Source of the DNA: a candidate division WWE3 bacterium RIFOXYC2_FULL_42_13
Lineage (GTDB): Bacteria; Patescibacteriota; WWE3; UBA101185; UBA10185
Assembly (NCBI GenBank): GCA_001773255.1
Contig: MEWF01000014.1
Location: 9,416-49,301, forward strand
Length of the DNA: 39,886 bases
Direction: 5' to 3'
Shown here: positions 8,962-18,295 of the stretch, in pieces
Layout of the letters: every line of letters begins with the position of its first letter
Numbering within the stretch: position 1 is the stretch's first letter
Translations under genes and position numbers: made by a program
The notes under the pieces: model-generated
Databases searched by the model: none
The model's input: only the letters and a program-made list of their open reading frames with translations
What the model was told of the DNA's origin: nothing

Positions 8962-10560
8962 ATGGACAATAAATCTCATAAAGAAATTACATCACTTAAG
9001 GATTTTTTTCAAATTATTAAAGCAAACCGGGTCACGTTCCTTTTACTGTTTCTTTTAGTGATGATAGCTTACGGGAATCTTTCGAGGGGGGAGTTTCTGA
9101 ACATGGACGATGAAAAGGGTATTTTGTACAACCCGAACATCGGAAATATCGGGAAGATGTTCGGAACGGGGTTCTTATACAACATGGAATTAACGCTCAT
9201 CCACGCTGTTTTCGGTTTAAAACCCGGCGCTTACCACATGTTCTCGGTGCTTTCTCATTATATTAACGTGGTGCTCTTATTTCTCTTTGCCTACGCGGTA
9301 TTCGACAAGCAAAAAGCACTGATAGCAAGCCTCTTGTTTGCGGTCCACCCCCTTGCAAGCGAAGCTGTAGGCTGGATATCGGCGATGCACTATCTGCACA
9401 TTGTTTTTTTCACTTTAATCACCATGATATTCCACTACCTGTTCCGGATAACTGCGCAAAAAAAGTATTACGTTGCGGAAATTGTCATTTTTATTATCGC
9501 ACTGGCAATACTAAGGAACGCCTGGGTGCTCACATTACCGTTTTCTCTGCTGGTCTTTGATCAACTCATAATGAACAAAAAGATCAATTTCAGATCAATG
9601 CTCTGGATACTTCCGTATTTTATCTTTGCCGCCCTTCATGCTTACATAAACTTGTTCGGGGGATTTGCGACTAGAGTCACGGATCTTAAGCAGGACTATT
9701 ATTACAACCCGTATACCGCTACTCCCCTACTAAACCGCACACCATATATAGTATTCACCATAGCAAAACTTCTGATATCCCCCCTGGCGTTAACTGTCTA
9801 TCACGAGGGAATTTATATCAGTATTGTTTCCTACATAGCAATGATTGCGGTAACGATCGCCGTAGTAATACTAACTATAAAATTATACAAAAAAGCCAGT
9901 TACATGGCGGGATTCATCCTGCTTATTTTTATATCAACGCTGCCCTCGTTCAGCCCGGTAGCTATTGCGTGGTTTATCGCCGAAAGATACCTCTATCTTT
10001 CAACCATGGCATTTAGTTTGATACTTGCCTTCCTCATTCCTTATCTGGAAAAGTATACAGGCATAAAGAAATTTACTACTTACGCGGTTGCGCTTTTGTT
10101 GGCTTTTTATACGATCAGAACCGCAGTCCGAACACAGGATCTCTTGAACACGAGCAATCTATGGCATGCAACCCAAAAAGTGTCTCCTTACAGTTTCAGG
10201 GTTTATAACAATCTCGGAGACGTTTACGCAAGAGAGCAAAAATACGATCTGGCTGTTACCAACTTTAAAAAATCCATCGAGCTTGATCCGACTTACGCCG
10301 ATGCGGTTCATAATCTGGGGTATGTATATTTGCAGATGGGGGATTACGATAACGCGTGGAAATATCTTGAACAATCGTATCAGATGAATCCGAGATTATA
10401 CGGGGCGACCTACAAAATGGGCGTAATTGCCTTCTACAAGAAGGATTATGAAACCGCAAAAACTTTATGGCTAAAAACCCTGGAACTTAACCCCGGTGAT
10501 GCTAACGCCATTAATGCCCTTAAAGCACTCGAGCAGGCCGTCGCTGCAGAAGCGAAATAA
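8962..10560 (+). CDS. Polytopic GT-C-type (PMT/TMTC-like) putative glycosyltransferase with C-terminal TPR repeats
   Basis: 532 aa with about 10-11 hydrophobic helices. An acidic DDE lies in the first loop after TM1 (FLNMDDEKG), as in GT-C enzymes. The C-terminal ~130 aa form about 4 TPR units (e.g. NNLGDVYAREQKYDLAVTNFKKSIELDP, HNLGYVYLQMGDYDNAWKYLEQSYQMNP). Confidence 0.65.
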   Translation: MDNKSHKEITSLKDFFQIIKANRVTFLLLFLLVMIAYGNLSRGEFLNMDDEKGILYNPNIGNIGKMFGTGFLYNMELTLIHAVFGLKPGAYHMFSVLSHYINVVLLFLFAYAVFDKQKALIASLLFAVHPLASEAVGWISAMHYLHIVFFTLITMIFHYLFRITAQKKYYVAEIVIFIIALAILRNAWVLTLPFSLLVFDQLIMNKKINFRSMLWILPYFIFAALHAYINLFGGFATRVTDLKQDYYYNPYTATPLLNRTPYIVFTIAKLLISPLALTVYHEGIYISIVSYIAMIAVTIAVVILTIKLYKKASYMAGFILLIFISTLPSFSPVAIAWFIAERYLYLSTMAFSLILAFLIPYLEKYTGIKKFTTYAVALLLAFYTIRTAVRTQDLLNTSNLWHATQKVSPYSFRVYNNLGDVYAREQKYDLAVTNFKKSIELDPTYADAVHNLGYVYLQMGDYDNAWKYLEQSYQMNPRLYGATYKMGVIAFYKKDYETAKTLWLKTLELNPGDANAINALKALEQAVAAEAK

Positions 10561-11491
10561 AGAAACCGTCAAAATAATCATTGGGCAATATTCTCACTGC
10601 ACTGGAAATACGGGGATCTAATTTTTCCTCTTTGTAATCGGTAAATCCCGGTATATATGATAATCCTCTAACCTTAGGTTTTATTTCAACAGGAGCAAGA
10701 TCCGGGAATTTCTTTAACGCCCAATTTATTACAGCCTCATTTTCATCAGGAGAATATGTGCAGGTTGAATAGACCATAAAACCGCCCTGCTTTAGCATAT
10801 TGTACCCGGAAGCAAGAATTTTCTTTTGAAGCATTGATATCTTTTTAGACAGTCTTGGGTTCCAAAATTTAAGTGGCTCCGGGACTGAAAACCTTATATT
10901 ACCTTCATTTGAGCAAGGCACGTCAACCAATACTTTATCGAACGCTTCACGAAACCCGGGGTATCTGTTAAGCAGACTAACCGCATTTGATCTAATGGTC
11001 GCGACACCATCGTAACCCTGCGAAGCCAAATTCTTTTTCATCGAGTAAAAACGTACCGAATTATTTTCCACGGCATAAATATTTTTGGGGGCACCCGTCA
11101 GTGAAGCTATGTAGGAAGTTTTACTTCCGGGACTGGCACAGAGATCCATTATCTTATCGCCGGGTTTCGGATCTAAGACAACCACATCCAACATACTGCT
11201 CAGCCCCTGAACATATACGGCACCATTTTTAAAAAAGTCAGTTGAAGAAATTCTTAAACCTTTATGCGACGACAAATTAATGTAAGAGCCCGGGAGCGGC
11301 CCTTCTTTAATTTCAAACCCGAACTCCCGTAAACTTCCCGTCACTTCTTCAACACTGAACCCGGACGAATTTATCCTAAAACTCTCGTGTCTGGGATGGG
11401 AAATAGCATCCAAAACACTTTTGGCCTGAGGGCCAAAAACGTCTTTCACCTTATTCACAAACGTGTCGTGTTTTAGCTGATCACTTTCCAT
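10520..11491 (-). CDS. NOL1/NOP2/Sun (RsmB/RsmF-like) RNA cytosine-C5 methyltransferase
   Basis: 323 aa with the SAM motif DLCASPGSKT, catalytic motif IV VDVPCSNEG and motif VI YSTCT, and the typical DGFFIS C-terminus. The 3' end overlaps the convergent gene by 41 nt. Confidence 0.85.
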   Translation of the reverse strand: MESDQLKHDTFVNKVKDVFGPQAKSVLDAISHPRHESFRINSSGFSVEEVTGSLREFGFEIKEGPLPGSYINLSSHKGLRISSTDFFKNGAVYVQGLSSMLDVVVLDPKPGDKIMDLCASPGSKTSYIASLTGAPKNIYAVENNSVRFYSMKKNLASQGYDGVATIRSNAVSLLNRYPGFREAFDKVLVDVPCSNEGNIRFSVPEPLKFWNPRLSKKISMLQKKILASGYNMLKQGGFMVYSTCTYSPDENEAVINWALKKFPDLAPVEIKPKVRGLSYIPGFTDYKEEKLDPRISSAVRILPNDYFDGFFISLLQRRPARVL

Positions 11492-11504
11492 GACAGTGCT
11501 TTAG

Positions 11505-11570
11505 TTTACTAACGCAAGTTTTGCCCGTGGCAATACTATAATTTACTAACGCAAGTTTTGCCCGTGGCAA
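11505..11570. repeat. Perfect 29-bp direct repeat (11505..11533 and 11542..11570, 8-nt spacer) duplicating the secA 3' end
   Basis: The plus strand has tttactaacgcaagttttgcccgtggcaa twice. Copy 2 encodes the last ~7 secA codons (..CHGQNLR), the TAG stop and 4 nt beyond it. Copy 1 is non-coding and lies between secA and the methyltransferase ATG. Confidence 0.95.
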
Positions 11571-14104
11571 AACTTGTATTTCTTTCCGCTTCCGCATGGA
11601 CAGGGATCGTTTCTTCCGACCTTAACTTTACCGGACAATATCTGCTCAACCTTAAGAACTCTTCCCATTTGATCAACTACCCTCGGCGCCTGATTTCCCG
11701 CTGCCTCTTCGGATACTCCGGTTTCCAGTTCGCCGTGCCGGTAATTTAACCGCGACACTAACGCATCTTCCGCCGAGACGGCCCTTACTACTGTATCTTT
11801 GGATGCCTTGCTTAATCTTTCTCCGACAAAAGAATAAATACGACCAAGCAATATCTCAAATCTCTCGTGGCCCTCTTTCTTATATTCCACCATCGGATCT
11901 CTTTGAGCGTAACCTCTGAGCCCAATTCCGTCGCGCACCTGATCCATATCCACAAGATGATCCATCCAAAAATTATCAATAACAGGCAGGCTCCAGTCAG
12001 ATACAATGTCCAGCCAGGTGTCCTCTCCAAATTCCTTTTCTTTTTCCGCCCAGAGTTCTTCAGTTAGTGCGGATGAAGATGCAAGTTTTTGCATCAACCA
12101 ATCTTTATGTTCAGTAACTCCGGACTCAAGCTCCAGTATCCTCCTTCTTAGAGAATAGATAACTTCGCGGTGTACGTTTATTACGTCGTCCATTTCAACA
12201 ACTTGTTTTCTGCGGTCGAAGTTAAATCCTTCCACTCTTTTTTGGGCGTTCTCTATGGATTTGGTGACTAACCCTGCTTCCAAAGGAATTGTTTCGTCAA
12301 TCCCGAATCTGTCCATCATCCTGCCTACCTGCTCGCCACCGAAAATTCTCATTAAATCGTCCTGAAGTGAAACAAAGAACCTGGTTTCTCCCGGATCTCC
12401 CTGCCTACCGGAACGTCCTCTTAACTGATTATCAATTCTTCTCGAATCGTGCCTCTCAGTACCTATAACATACAAGCCCCCGGCTTCAATAACCTCCCTT
12501 TGTTCGTCCGCAACCGCGGGATCTCCTCCCAGGATTATGTCGACACCTCTTCCTGCCATGTTTGTCGAAATAGTCACCCCGCCTTTTCTTCCCGCCTGAG
12601 CGATTATCAAAGCTTCCCGTTCATGATTCTTGGCGTTTAAAATCTCGTGGGGAACTTTTCTCCTCGATAATAATTCATGAAGTTGCTCGCTTTTCTCAAC
12701 CGAGGTTGTTCCCACCAAAACCGGCTGTCCTTTCGCGTGTCGTTCAACAATGTCATCGGCTACAGCTTTAAACTTTGCGCTTTCCGTTTTATAAACAACA
12801 TCGTTCTGATCTTTCCTGATGTTAGGTTGATTGGTCGGGATGACAACAACATCAAGTTTGTATATCTTATAAAATTCCTCGGCTTCAGTAGCAGCGGTTC
12901 CTGTCATACCGGCGAGCTTTTTGTACATTCTAAAATAATTTTGATAAGAAATTTCCGCTAGAGTTTTTGATTCCTGTTGTATCTCCACTCCTTCTTTTGC
13001 CTCGATAGCCTGATGAAGTCCGTGAGAAAACCTGTTGCTGGGGAGTAATCTTCCGGTGAATTGGTCAACAATAACGATCTTCCCATCTTTCACAACGTAA
13101 TCACGATCTTTTTCATAAAGAGCGTGGGCAGTCAGAGCCTCCTCCATTAAATGGACCATCTCAAAATCCTGTTCATATAAATTGTTAACGCCCAAAAGTC
13201 TTTCCACACGCCTAATACCAAGGTCGGTCAATGTTACGTTCTTATATTTTTCTTCAACTTCGTAATCAGAATTTTTCGCCAGAGTTTTAACAATGCGGTC
13301 GGCGTCGAAATACCTTGAGGAAGGTTTGGCATCGGCTGCTGAAATTATTAAAGGCGTTCTTGCGACATCTATTAATATGGAGTCAACCTCGTCAACGATG
13401 GCAAAGTTGTGAACACCGAACTCTCCGTTGGGATTTGTCTGCACCATAGAACCTAACGAACGGACCATATTGTCCCTCAGGTAATCGAAACCGAATTCGT
13501 GGTTTGTTCCGTAAACAATTCCGCATTTGTAGGCTTCCTGACGGGAAACTTCTCTCAAATGTACAGCGTAAATGTCGTCAAATTCATTTCCTTCGAAGCT
13601 CTTGTCGTAAACAAAAGCCCTTTCCTGCATTATTACTCCGACGCCGATTCCGAGATAATCATAAATATCTCCCATCCAGCCTGCGCCGTGCCTGGAGAGA
13701 TAGTCGTTGGGGGTCACCAAATGAGCTCCACGTCCCGTCAATGAATTTAAAAATAACGGAAGGGTCGCCGTAAGAGTTTTCCCTTCACCGGTCTTTTGTT
13801 CTGAAATTTTACCTTCGTGAAGAACCACACCGGCCATGAGCTGGACGTCAAAGTGGCGTTTACCCAAAGTCCTCACCGAAGCCTCACGTACAAATGCGAA
13901 AGCTTCGGGAAGAATTTTTTCCATGACCTTTTTCTGATCTTCGTAGTCTAACCCCGACAACTCCTTCTTCCATTCTTCCACTTTTAAGAGCATTTCTTCC
14001 CGTGCCATTTTCTTAACCGAATCTTCCAGTGAATTTATTGCGCCCACCAAAGGTTGTATTTTCTTCAATTGTTTTTCGTTTGAATCAATAAATAACTTAA
14101 ACAT
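11546..14104 (-). CDS. secA: Preprotein translocase ATPase SecA
   Basis: 852 aa with Walker [14 protein letters not shown], the DEVD box [19 protein letters not shown], and the C-terminal zinc finger [14 protein letters not shown]. Confidence 0.98.
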   Translation of the reverse strand: MFKLFIDSNEKQLKKIQPLVGAINSLEDSVKKMAREEMLLKVEEWKKELSGLDYEDQKKVMEKILPEAFAFVREASVRTLGKRHFDVQLMAGVVLHEGKISEQKTGEGKTLTATLPLFLNSLTGRGAHLVTPNDYLSRHGAGWMGDIYDYLGIGVGVIMQERAFVYDKSFEGNEFDDIYAVHLREVSRQEAYKCGIVYGTNHEFGFDYLRDNMVRSLGSMVQTNPNGEFGVHNFAIVDEVDSILIDVARTPLIISAADAKPSSRYFDADRIVKTLAKNSDYEVEEKYKNVTLTDLGIRRVERLLGVNNLYEQDFEMVHLMEEALTAHALYEKDRDYVVKDGKIVIVDQFTGRLLPSNRFSHGLHQAIEAKEGVEIQQESKTLAEISYQNYFRMYKKLAGMTGTAATEAEEFYKIYKLDVVVIPTNQPNIRKDQNDVVYKTESAKFKAVADDIVERHAKGQPVLVGTTSVEKSEQLHELLSRRKVPHEILNAKNHEREALIIAQAGRKGGVTISTNMAGRGVDIILGGDPAVADEQREVIEAGGLYVIGTERHDSRRIDNQLRGRSGRQGDPGETRFFVSLQDDLMRIFGGEQVGRMMDRFGIDETIPLEAGLVTKSIENAQKRVEGFNFDRRKQVVEMDDVINVHREVIYSLRRRILELESGVTEHKDWLMQKLASSSALTEELWAEKEKEFGEDTWLDIVSDWSLPVIDNFWMDHLVDMDQVRDGIGLRGYAQRDPMVEYKKEGHERFEILLGRIYSFVGERLSKASKDTVVRAVSAEDALVSRLNYRHGELETGVSEEAAGNQAPRVVDQMGRVLKVEQILSGKVKVGRNDPCPCGSGKKYKFCHGQNLR

Positions 14105-14114
14105 ATCGAAACTG

Positions 14115-14123
14115 ATTATATCA
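14115..14123 (-). promoter_or_regulatory. Extended -10 (TGaTATAAT), 10 nt upstream of the secA ATG
   Basis: The minus strand reads TGATATAAT cagtttcgat ATG. No SD is present. It lies in the 38-nt gap after the uppP stop. Confidence 0.4.
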
Positions 14124-14142
14124 CCGCATTACCCGGTAGGTG

Positions 14143-14967
14143 TTAAAAAAGATACAGAAGTATAAGGAGAAATGAAAGTACCGTACGGTAAATAACAAAA
14201 GCTTTGAGTCCGTGTGAATTAAGGTATTTCATGAGACCTGCCACAGCCAGATACCCCGAAACCGCGCTGGATAAAAAACCGGAAATTAAAATCCCCGCAC
14301 CGGCACCGGAATAAACACCCAAAGCTTCGGGAAGTTGAAAAAAACCCGCCGCAGCTATTATAGGGATAGAAAGCAGGAACGAAATCTTTGCTGCCTGGTT
14401 TCTGTTTAACCCCGATAAAAGTCCACCGGATATGGACGCTCCCGATCTTGAAAAGCCCGGAAATAGAGCCAGACATTGGAAAAATCCTATCGAAACGATC
14501 TTTTTAAACGTCAGGGGAGGTGCGGGCAACGATCTGTCCTTATTCCGGCCAAATTTGTCGGCAAAAAACATTAAGACCGACCCCAGCAATAAAAAAATCG
14601 ATACACTAAGCACACTTCTGAAAGAACTCTCCAAAAAATCTCCGAACAACAGACCTGCCAATCCTGCGGGTAGTGTGGCAACAAGCAACCATCCAACTAA
14701 TTTACTTTCCGGAGAGTATTGAGAAAAACGCAGACCGAGCTTACCCGCATCACCGGCAACGGAAAAAACCATCCCGCGGATCTCCTTATAAAAATAAACG
14801 AGAAGCGCAGTAAGTGTGCCCAGGTGTAAAGTTGTATCGAAAGCCAAACCGCCTTGCTCCCAACCCATCAGTTCAGGAAATATTATAAGATGCCCGGAAG
14901 AAGAAACCGGTATAAACTCGGTCAGTCCCTGAACCATTCCCATGATAACGGATTGAAAAAAGGTCAT
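14143..14967 (-). CDS. uppP: Undecaprenyl-diphosphate phosphatase (BacA/UppP)
   Basis: 274 aa, polytopic, with the SSSGHL and PGFSRSG signature motifs. Confidence 0.92.
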   Translation of the reverse strand: MTFFQSVIMGMVQGLTEFIPVSSSGHLIIFPELMGWEQGGLAFDTTLHLGTLTALLVYFYKEIRGMVFSVAGDAGKLGLRFSQYSPESKLVGWLLVATLPAGLAGLLFGDFLESSFRSVLSVSIFLLLGSVLMFFADKFGRNKDRSLPAPPLTFKKIVSIGFFQCLALFPGFSRSGASISGGLLSGLNRNQAAKISFLLSIPIIAAAGFFQLPEALGVYSGAGAGILISGFLSSAVSGYLAVAGLMKYLNSHGLKAFVIYRTVLSFLLILLYLF

Positions 14968-14977
14968 TGGTAAGGAA

Positions 14978-15667
14978 TCAAACTTTTCCGTAAATCAGCA
15001 CGTTGTCTGAATTTGTGTAACCTGCAACAACCAAACATGTTACATTTTGTAAAAAATCCCCGAGGTACTCAATAAAAATATTCACATCGTCCTGGTGATG
15101 ATCCAGATAGATTCTGTTAAAAATTATAAGGCCGCCGGGCCTCACCATACTCTTTATGGAAGTAATGAAATTGCCGGATTTTCCCAGGTCCGGATACTTC
15201 TCTCCCTGGAAAATATCCACGATGCATACGTCAAAAAACTCCGGTTTAAGATCAAATTCTTCCGGTTCAATTACAACTCTCAAAGCGTCGTCAATTATTA
15301 CTCTGTGATTCGGTATAGAATCGAGATCGAAATAGTTCTTCGCAACATCTACCATTACCGGGTCTATCTCGACGCTAACCATGTTGGGCGCGTTGAATTT
15401 TTCCGAAATTAAATGGGCCATAGTACCGCCACCCAAACCCAGAATCAGGATATTTTTAAGATCCGGAGCGTTTTCTTCAAGAACTTCTATAACCTTGCCC
15501 CAAACAAGACGGTTGGCTGAGGGGGATTTGTGAGATATTGACTGATCTATTCTGTCGACCTTGATTTTGCGGGTTTTGCCGACTTCCCAAACCTGAATCT
15601 TGCCGTTAAATTTCGACTCGGTTTCGTAGATAATTTTCGGCAGTTGAATCCCGTCAAAAATATTCAT
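14978..15667 (-). CDS. Spermidine-synthase-like class I SAM-dependent methyltransferase-fold protein
   Basis: Glycine-rich nucleotide loop ILILGLGGGT followed by VSVEIDPVMVDVAKNYF and CIVDIF, the spermidine synthase family pattern. The ATG at 15667 is preferred; the track start at 15685 is a TTG inside the serS 3' end. Confidence 0.6.
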   Translation of the reverse strand: MNIFDGIQLPKIIYETESKFNGKIQVWEVGKTRKIKVDRIDQSISHKSPSANRLVWGKVIEVLEENAPDLKNILILGLGGGTMAHLISEKFNAPNMVSVEIDPVMVDVAKNYFDLDSIPNHRVIIDDALRVVIEPEEFDLKPEFFDVCIVDIFQGEKYPDLGKSGNFITSIKSMVRPGGLIIFNRIYLDHHQDDVNIFIEYLGDFLQNVTCLVVAGYTNSDNVLIYGKV

Positions 15668-15681
15668 ATTGATCCATACTA

Positions 15682-16965
15682 TCAAATCATTTTCTTTTTG
15701 GGCAGGATTTTGTCGAAATTTACGTACTGTCTTAACACTTCGGGAACGGTAACACTGCCGTCCGCGTTCTGGTAATTTTCCAGAACTGCCGCTAAAAGCC
15801 TCGGTGTAGCAGCCACTGTGTTGTTGAGGGTATACACATATTTAAGCTCCCCTGTGGAATCTCTATATTTAATATTCAGGCGTCTGGACTGAAAATCCCT
15901 AAAGTACGAGTCCGAGTGGGTCTCCCTATACTTACTCTGAGACGGGAACCAAGTCTCCAGATCATACTTCTTAACCTGTCCCGCACCCATATCCCCGGTA
16001 CACATTAAAAGTACCCTATAGGGAAGGTTTAGACCTTTTAGTATGTTTTCGGCATGACTCAGCATTTTTTCATGCCATTCTCTTGTTATCTCTTCGTTAG
16101 CAGTTGTAAGTACCACCTGCTCAACTTTGTTGAATTGGTGAAGTCTGAAAATACCCTTGGTGTCTTTGCCGTAAGCGCCGATTTCTTTTCTAAAGCATGG
16201 GCTCAATCCAAACAGTCTCACGGGAAGTTCGGATTCGTTCAGAATCTCGCCGGAGTAATAGGAGGTGAGAGATACTTCGGCCGTTCCGATTAAAGCTTTG
16301 TCATCTTCCAACCTGTAGTGATCGTCTTCTCCCCACGGGAAATACCCTGTTCCGGTGAAAAATTCGGGTTTTACTATCCAGGGAACACTCAACATTGTGT
16401 AGCCTTCGCCCAGCATCATGTCACACGCGTATCTTAAAATGGCTTGCTCAAGCTGAGCGCCTTCATTTTTTAAAAAATACCCTCTGAACCCACCGATCTT
16501 TGCACCCCGTTCAAGATCCATGATATCGAGCGATTGTCCCAGATCCACATGATCTTTAGGCTTAAAGTCGGGGTCTATGATATTTCCTTCCTCCCGCACG
16601 ACTTTGTTGCCGCTCTCGTCCTGCCCTACCGGAACATCCTCAGCAGGAACACTAGGCACCCAAAGCATCAGTTGGTCGAAAATTATCTTCATCTCAGTAA
16701 GTTCGTGTTCATACTTGCCGAGCTCTTCTTTGACCGCCGAAGCCTCATTTATAAGTTGAGATCTATCCTGAGACGCTACTTTCGAGATACTCTCGGAAAG
16801 CTTGTTTCTTAGGGCTCTATGAGTTTCCACCTTTTTCAGAAGATCCAAGTACCCGTCGTGGGTCTCAATTAACTTGTCAATGGAAACGGTCTTAGTCAGC
16901 TGTTTATCCTCGACGGCTTTTTTGACCTTGTCTGTGTTGTTTTTTATATAATTTATGTCCAGCAT
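15682..16965 (-). CDS. serS: Seryl-tRNA synthetase
   Basis: 427 aa with an N-terminal coiled-coil arm and a class II core (FRKEIGAYGKDTKGIFRLHQFNKVE, ETHSDSYFRDFQSRRL, NNTVAATPR). Confidence 0.96.
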   Translation of the reverse strand: MLDINYIKNNTDKVKKAVEDKQLTKTVSIDKLIETHDGYLDLLKKVETHRALRNKLSESISKVASQDRSQLINEASAVKEELGKYEHELTEMKIIFDQLMLWVPSVPAEDVPVGQDESGNKVVREEGNIIDPDFKPKDHVDLGQSLDIMDLERGAKIGGFRGYFLKNEGAQLEQAILRYACDMMLGEGYTMLSVPWIVKPEFFTGTGYFPWGEDDHYRLEDDKALIGTAEVSLTSYYSGEILNESELPVRLFGLSPCFRKEIGAYGKDTKGIFRLHQFNKVEQVVLTTANEEITREWHEKMLSHAENILKGLNLPYRVLLMCTGDMGAGQVKKYDLETWFPSQSKYRETHSDSYFRDFQSRRLNIKYRDSTGELKYVYTLNNTVAATPRLLAAVLENYQNADGSVTVPEVLRQYVNFDKILPKKKMI

Positions 16966-17006
16966 TGAAAAATCCCTTTTTTGTTGATTTTTACATATAC
17001 AATGGT

Positions 17007-17035
17007 AATATAAATTTCGCGGCTGGAAAAGTCAA
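17007..17035 (-). promoter_or_regulatory. Putative serS promoter (TTGACT-17-TATATT)
   Basis: The minus strand has TTGACT (17035..17030), a 17-nt spacer, then TATATT (17012..17007). This gives a ~35-nt leader with AAGGGA before the ATG at 16965. Confidence 0.45.
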
Positions 17036-17077
17036 TGTAATGCCCAAAACGCCCTTCGGTGGCTCCGAAGAGAGTTA

Positions 17078-17106
17078 TTGACCTATGGTAACCGTTCTGT
17101 TACAAT
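17078..17106 (+). promoter_or_regulatory. Putative infA / ribosomal-protein operon promoter (TTGACC-17-TACAAT)
   Basis: TTGACC at 17078..17083, exactly 17 nt of spacer, then TACAAT at 17101..17106, which is 29 nt upstream of the infA ATG. It is back-to-back with the serS promoter. Confidence 0.5.
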
Positions 17107-17135
17107 CAAGCGCGTTTGCTGAGTCAGAAAGCTAA

Positions 17136-17354
17136 ATGAGCACAAAAGAAGTAATTACAAAAGACGGAAAAATAACTGAGACCCATATGGGAGGGATGTT
17201 CAAGATAGAATTTGAAGACGAGACCAACGCTTTGGCCGTCATATCGGGAAAAATGAGGAAGGCCCACATTAGGGTTTTACCTGGGGACAAGGTTAGAATA
17301 GAATTTTCCCCCCACGATCTGACAAGAGGCAGGATCATTTACAGGCTTAAGTAA
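17136..17354 (+). CDS. infA: Translation initiation factor IF-1
   Basis: 72-aa S1-like OB protein (ISGKMRKAHIRVLPGDKVRIEFSPHDLTRGRIIYR). Confidence 0.96.
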   Translation: MSTKEVITKDGKITETHMGGMFKIEFEDETNALAVISGKMRKAHIRVLPGDKVRIEFSPHDLTRGRIIYRLK

Positions 17355-17379
17355 CTCAACCGGAAAGAATTTTTGAAAT

Positions 17380-17496
17380 ATGAAAGTCAGATCATCTGTA
17401 AAACCAATCTGCAAAGATTGCAAAATTATTATAAGGAACAGGACAGTTAGGGTTATTTGTAAAAGAAACCCTAAACACAAGCAAAGACAGGGTTAA
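17380..17496 (+). CDS. rpmJ: 50S ribosomal protein L36
   Basis: Not in the ORF track because it is too short. The ATG at 17380 gives [38 protein letters not shown] plus TAA, in the canonical position between infA and rpsM. Confidence 0.93.
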   Translation: MKVRSSVKPICKDCKIIIRNRTVRVICKRNPKHKQRQG

Positions 17497-17498
17497 TT

Positions 17499-17885
17499 AT
17501 GCCGAGAATCAAGGGTGTAGACATACCGGGAGAAAAAAGAATAGAAGCATCTTTAAGGTATATCTACGGTATTGGTCCAACCATATCTAAGAAAGTACTT
17601 GAGAAATCGGGTATAAATCCCGACACCAGGGCTAAAAATCTTACCGACGAGGATGTTGCAAAAATAAACGCCGCAATAGCCTCCATGGAACTTCATGTCG
17701 AGGGAGAATTGAAAAGATTAGTTAACCAGAACATCAGACGTCTGCAGGAAGTAAAATCTTACAGAGGGCTTAGGCATCTGGCGGGACTTCCCGTAAGGGG
17801 ACAACGCACAAGAACTAATTCCCGTACGAGAAAAGGTAAGAGAAAGACTGTAGGCGGGCAGAAAAAGAAACTAGCTAAGAAGTAA
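17499..17885 (+). CDS. rpsM: 30S ribosomal protein S13
   Basis: 128 aa ([10 protein letters not shown]...YIYGIGP...[21 protein letters not shown]). Confidence 0.97.
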   Translation: MPRIKGVDIPGEKRIEASLRYIYGIGPTISKKVLEKSGINPDTRAKNLTDEDVAKINAAIASMELHVEGELKRLVNQNIRRLQEVKSYRGLRHLAGLPVRGQRTRTNSRTRKGKRKTVGGQKKKLAKK

Positions 17886-17900
17886 TTTATCCGGATTTAT

Positions 17901-18290
17901 ATGGCACAAAAAACAACAAAAGGCAAAAAGAAAGAAAAAATAATAACACCGAGCGGTAGAGTATATATAACCGCAGGGATGAACAATACTATTATTACGG
18001 TGACCGATTCCGAAGGTAACACTTTGTTCACGGCCAGCTCAGGCAGTGCCGGATTCAAAGGATCAAGAAAATCAACTCCCTACGCATCTACAAAAGCAGC
18101 TGAGATAGCCGGCAACGCCGCCTCAAAAGCAGGCGTCAGGGACGTATCGGTCTACCTAAAAGGAGCCGGATTAGGCAGAATCTCATCTATTAAAGCTCTT
18201 AAAACAGTCGGTCTCAATGTAGTGTCAATTTCAGACCTCACCCCGATCCCTCACAACGGATGCAGGCCTGAGAAAAAGAGGAGAGTTTAA
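17901..18290 (+). CDS. rpsK: 30S ribosomal protein S11
   Basis: 129 aa (NNTIITVTDSEGN...GFKGSRKSTPYA...PIPHNGCRPEKKRRV). Confidence 0.97.
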   Translation: MAQKTTKGKKKEKIITPSGRVYITAGMNNTIITVTDSEGNTLFTASSGSAGFKGSRKSTPYASTKAAEIAGNAASKAGVRDVSVYLKGAGLGRISSIKALKTVGLNVVSISDLTPIPHNGCRPEKKRRV

Positions 18291-18295
18291 CGCTT

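Noticed and set aside
8929-8979. N-terminal extensions in the ORF track: lepB 8979, speE-like TTG 15685, ftsK TTG 29486, Zn-ribbon TTG 33873, pnp GTG 36080, rpsO TTG 36440 and DHH-like TTG 37169.
   Set aside because: In each case a downstream ATG aligns better with homolog N-termini. Most also sit at the right distance from a promoter or -10 element. The extensions overlap neighbouring genes or promoter hexamers.
11505-11570. The 29-bp direct repeat at the secA 3' end read as an att-site pair from an integrated element.
   Set aside because: The copies are only 8 nt apart with nothing between them, and no recombinase is nearby. A local tandem duplication explains it better. It is reported as a finding in that form.
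16966-17035. A T-box or other riboswitch leader upstream of serS.
   Set aside because: The predicted leader is only ~35 nt from the TATATT box to the ATG. That is far too short for a T-box (specifier loop plus antiterminator), and no T-box consensus is visible.
17054-17070. Inverted repeat CTTCGG-tggct-CCGAAG between the divergent serS and infA promoters.
   Set aside because: It has only a 6-bp stem, is not followed by a T-run, and does not lie at a gene 3' end. It could be a regulator site, but it cannot be told apart from chance without comparative data.
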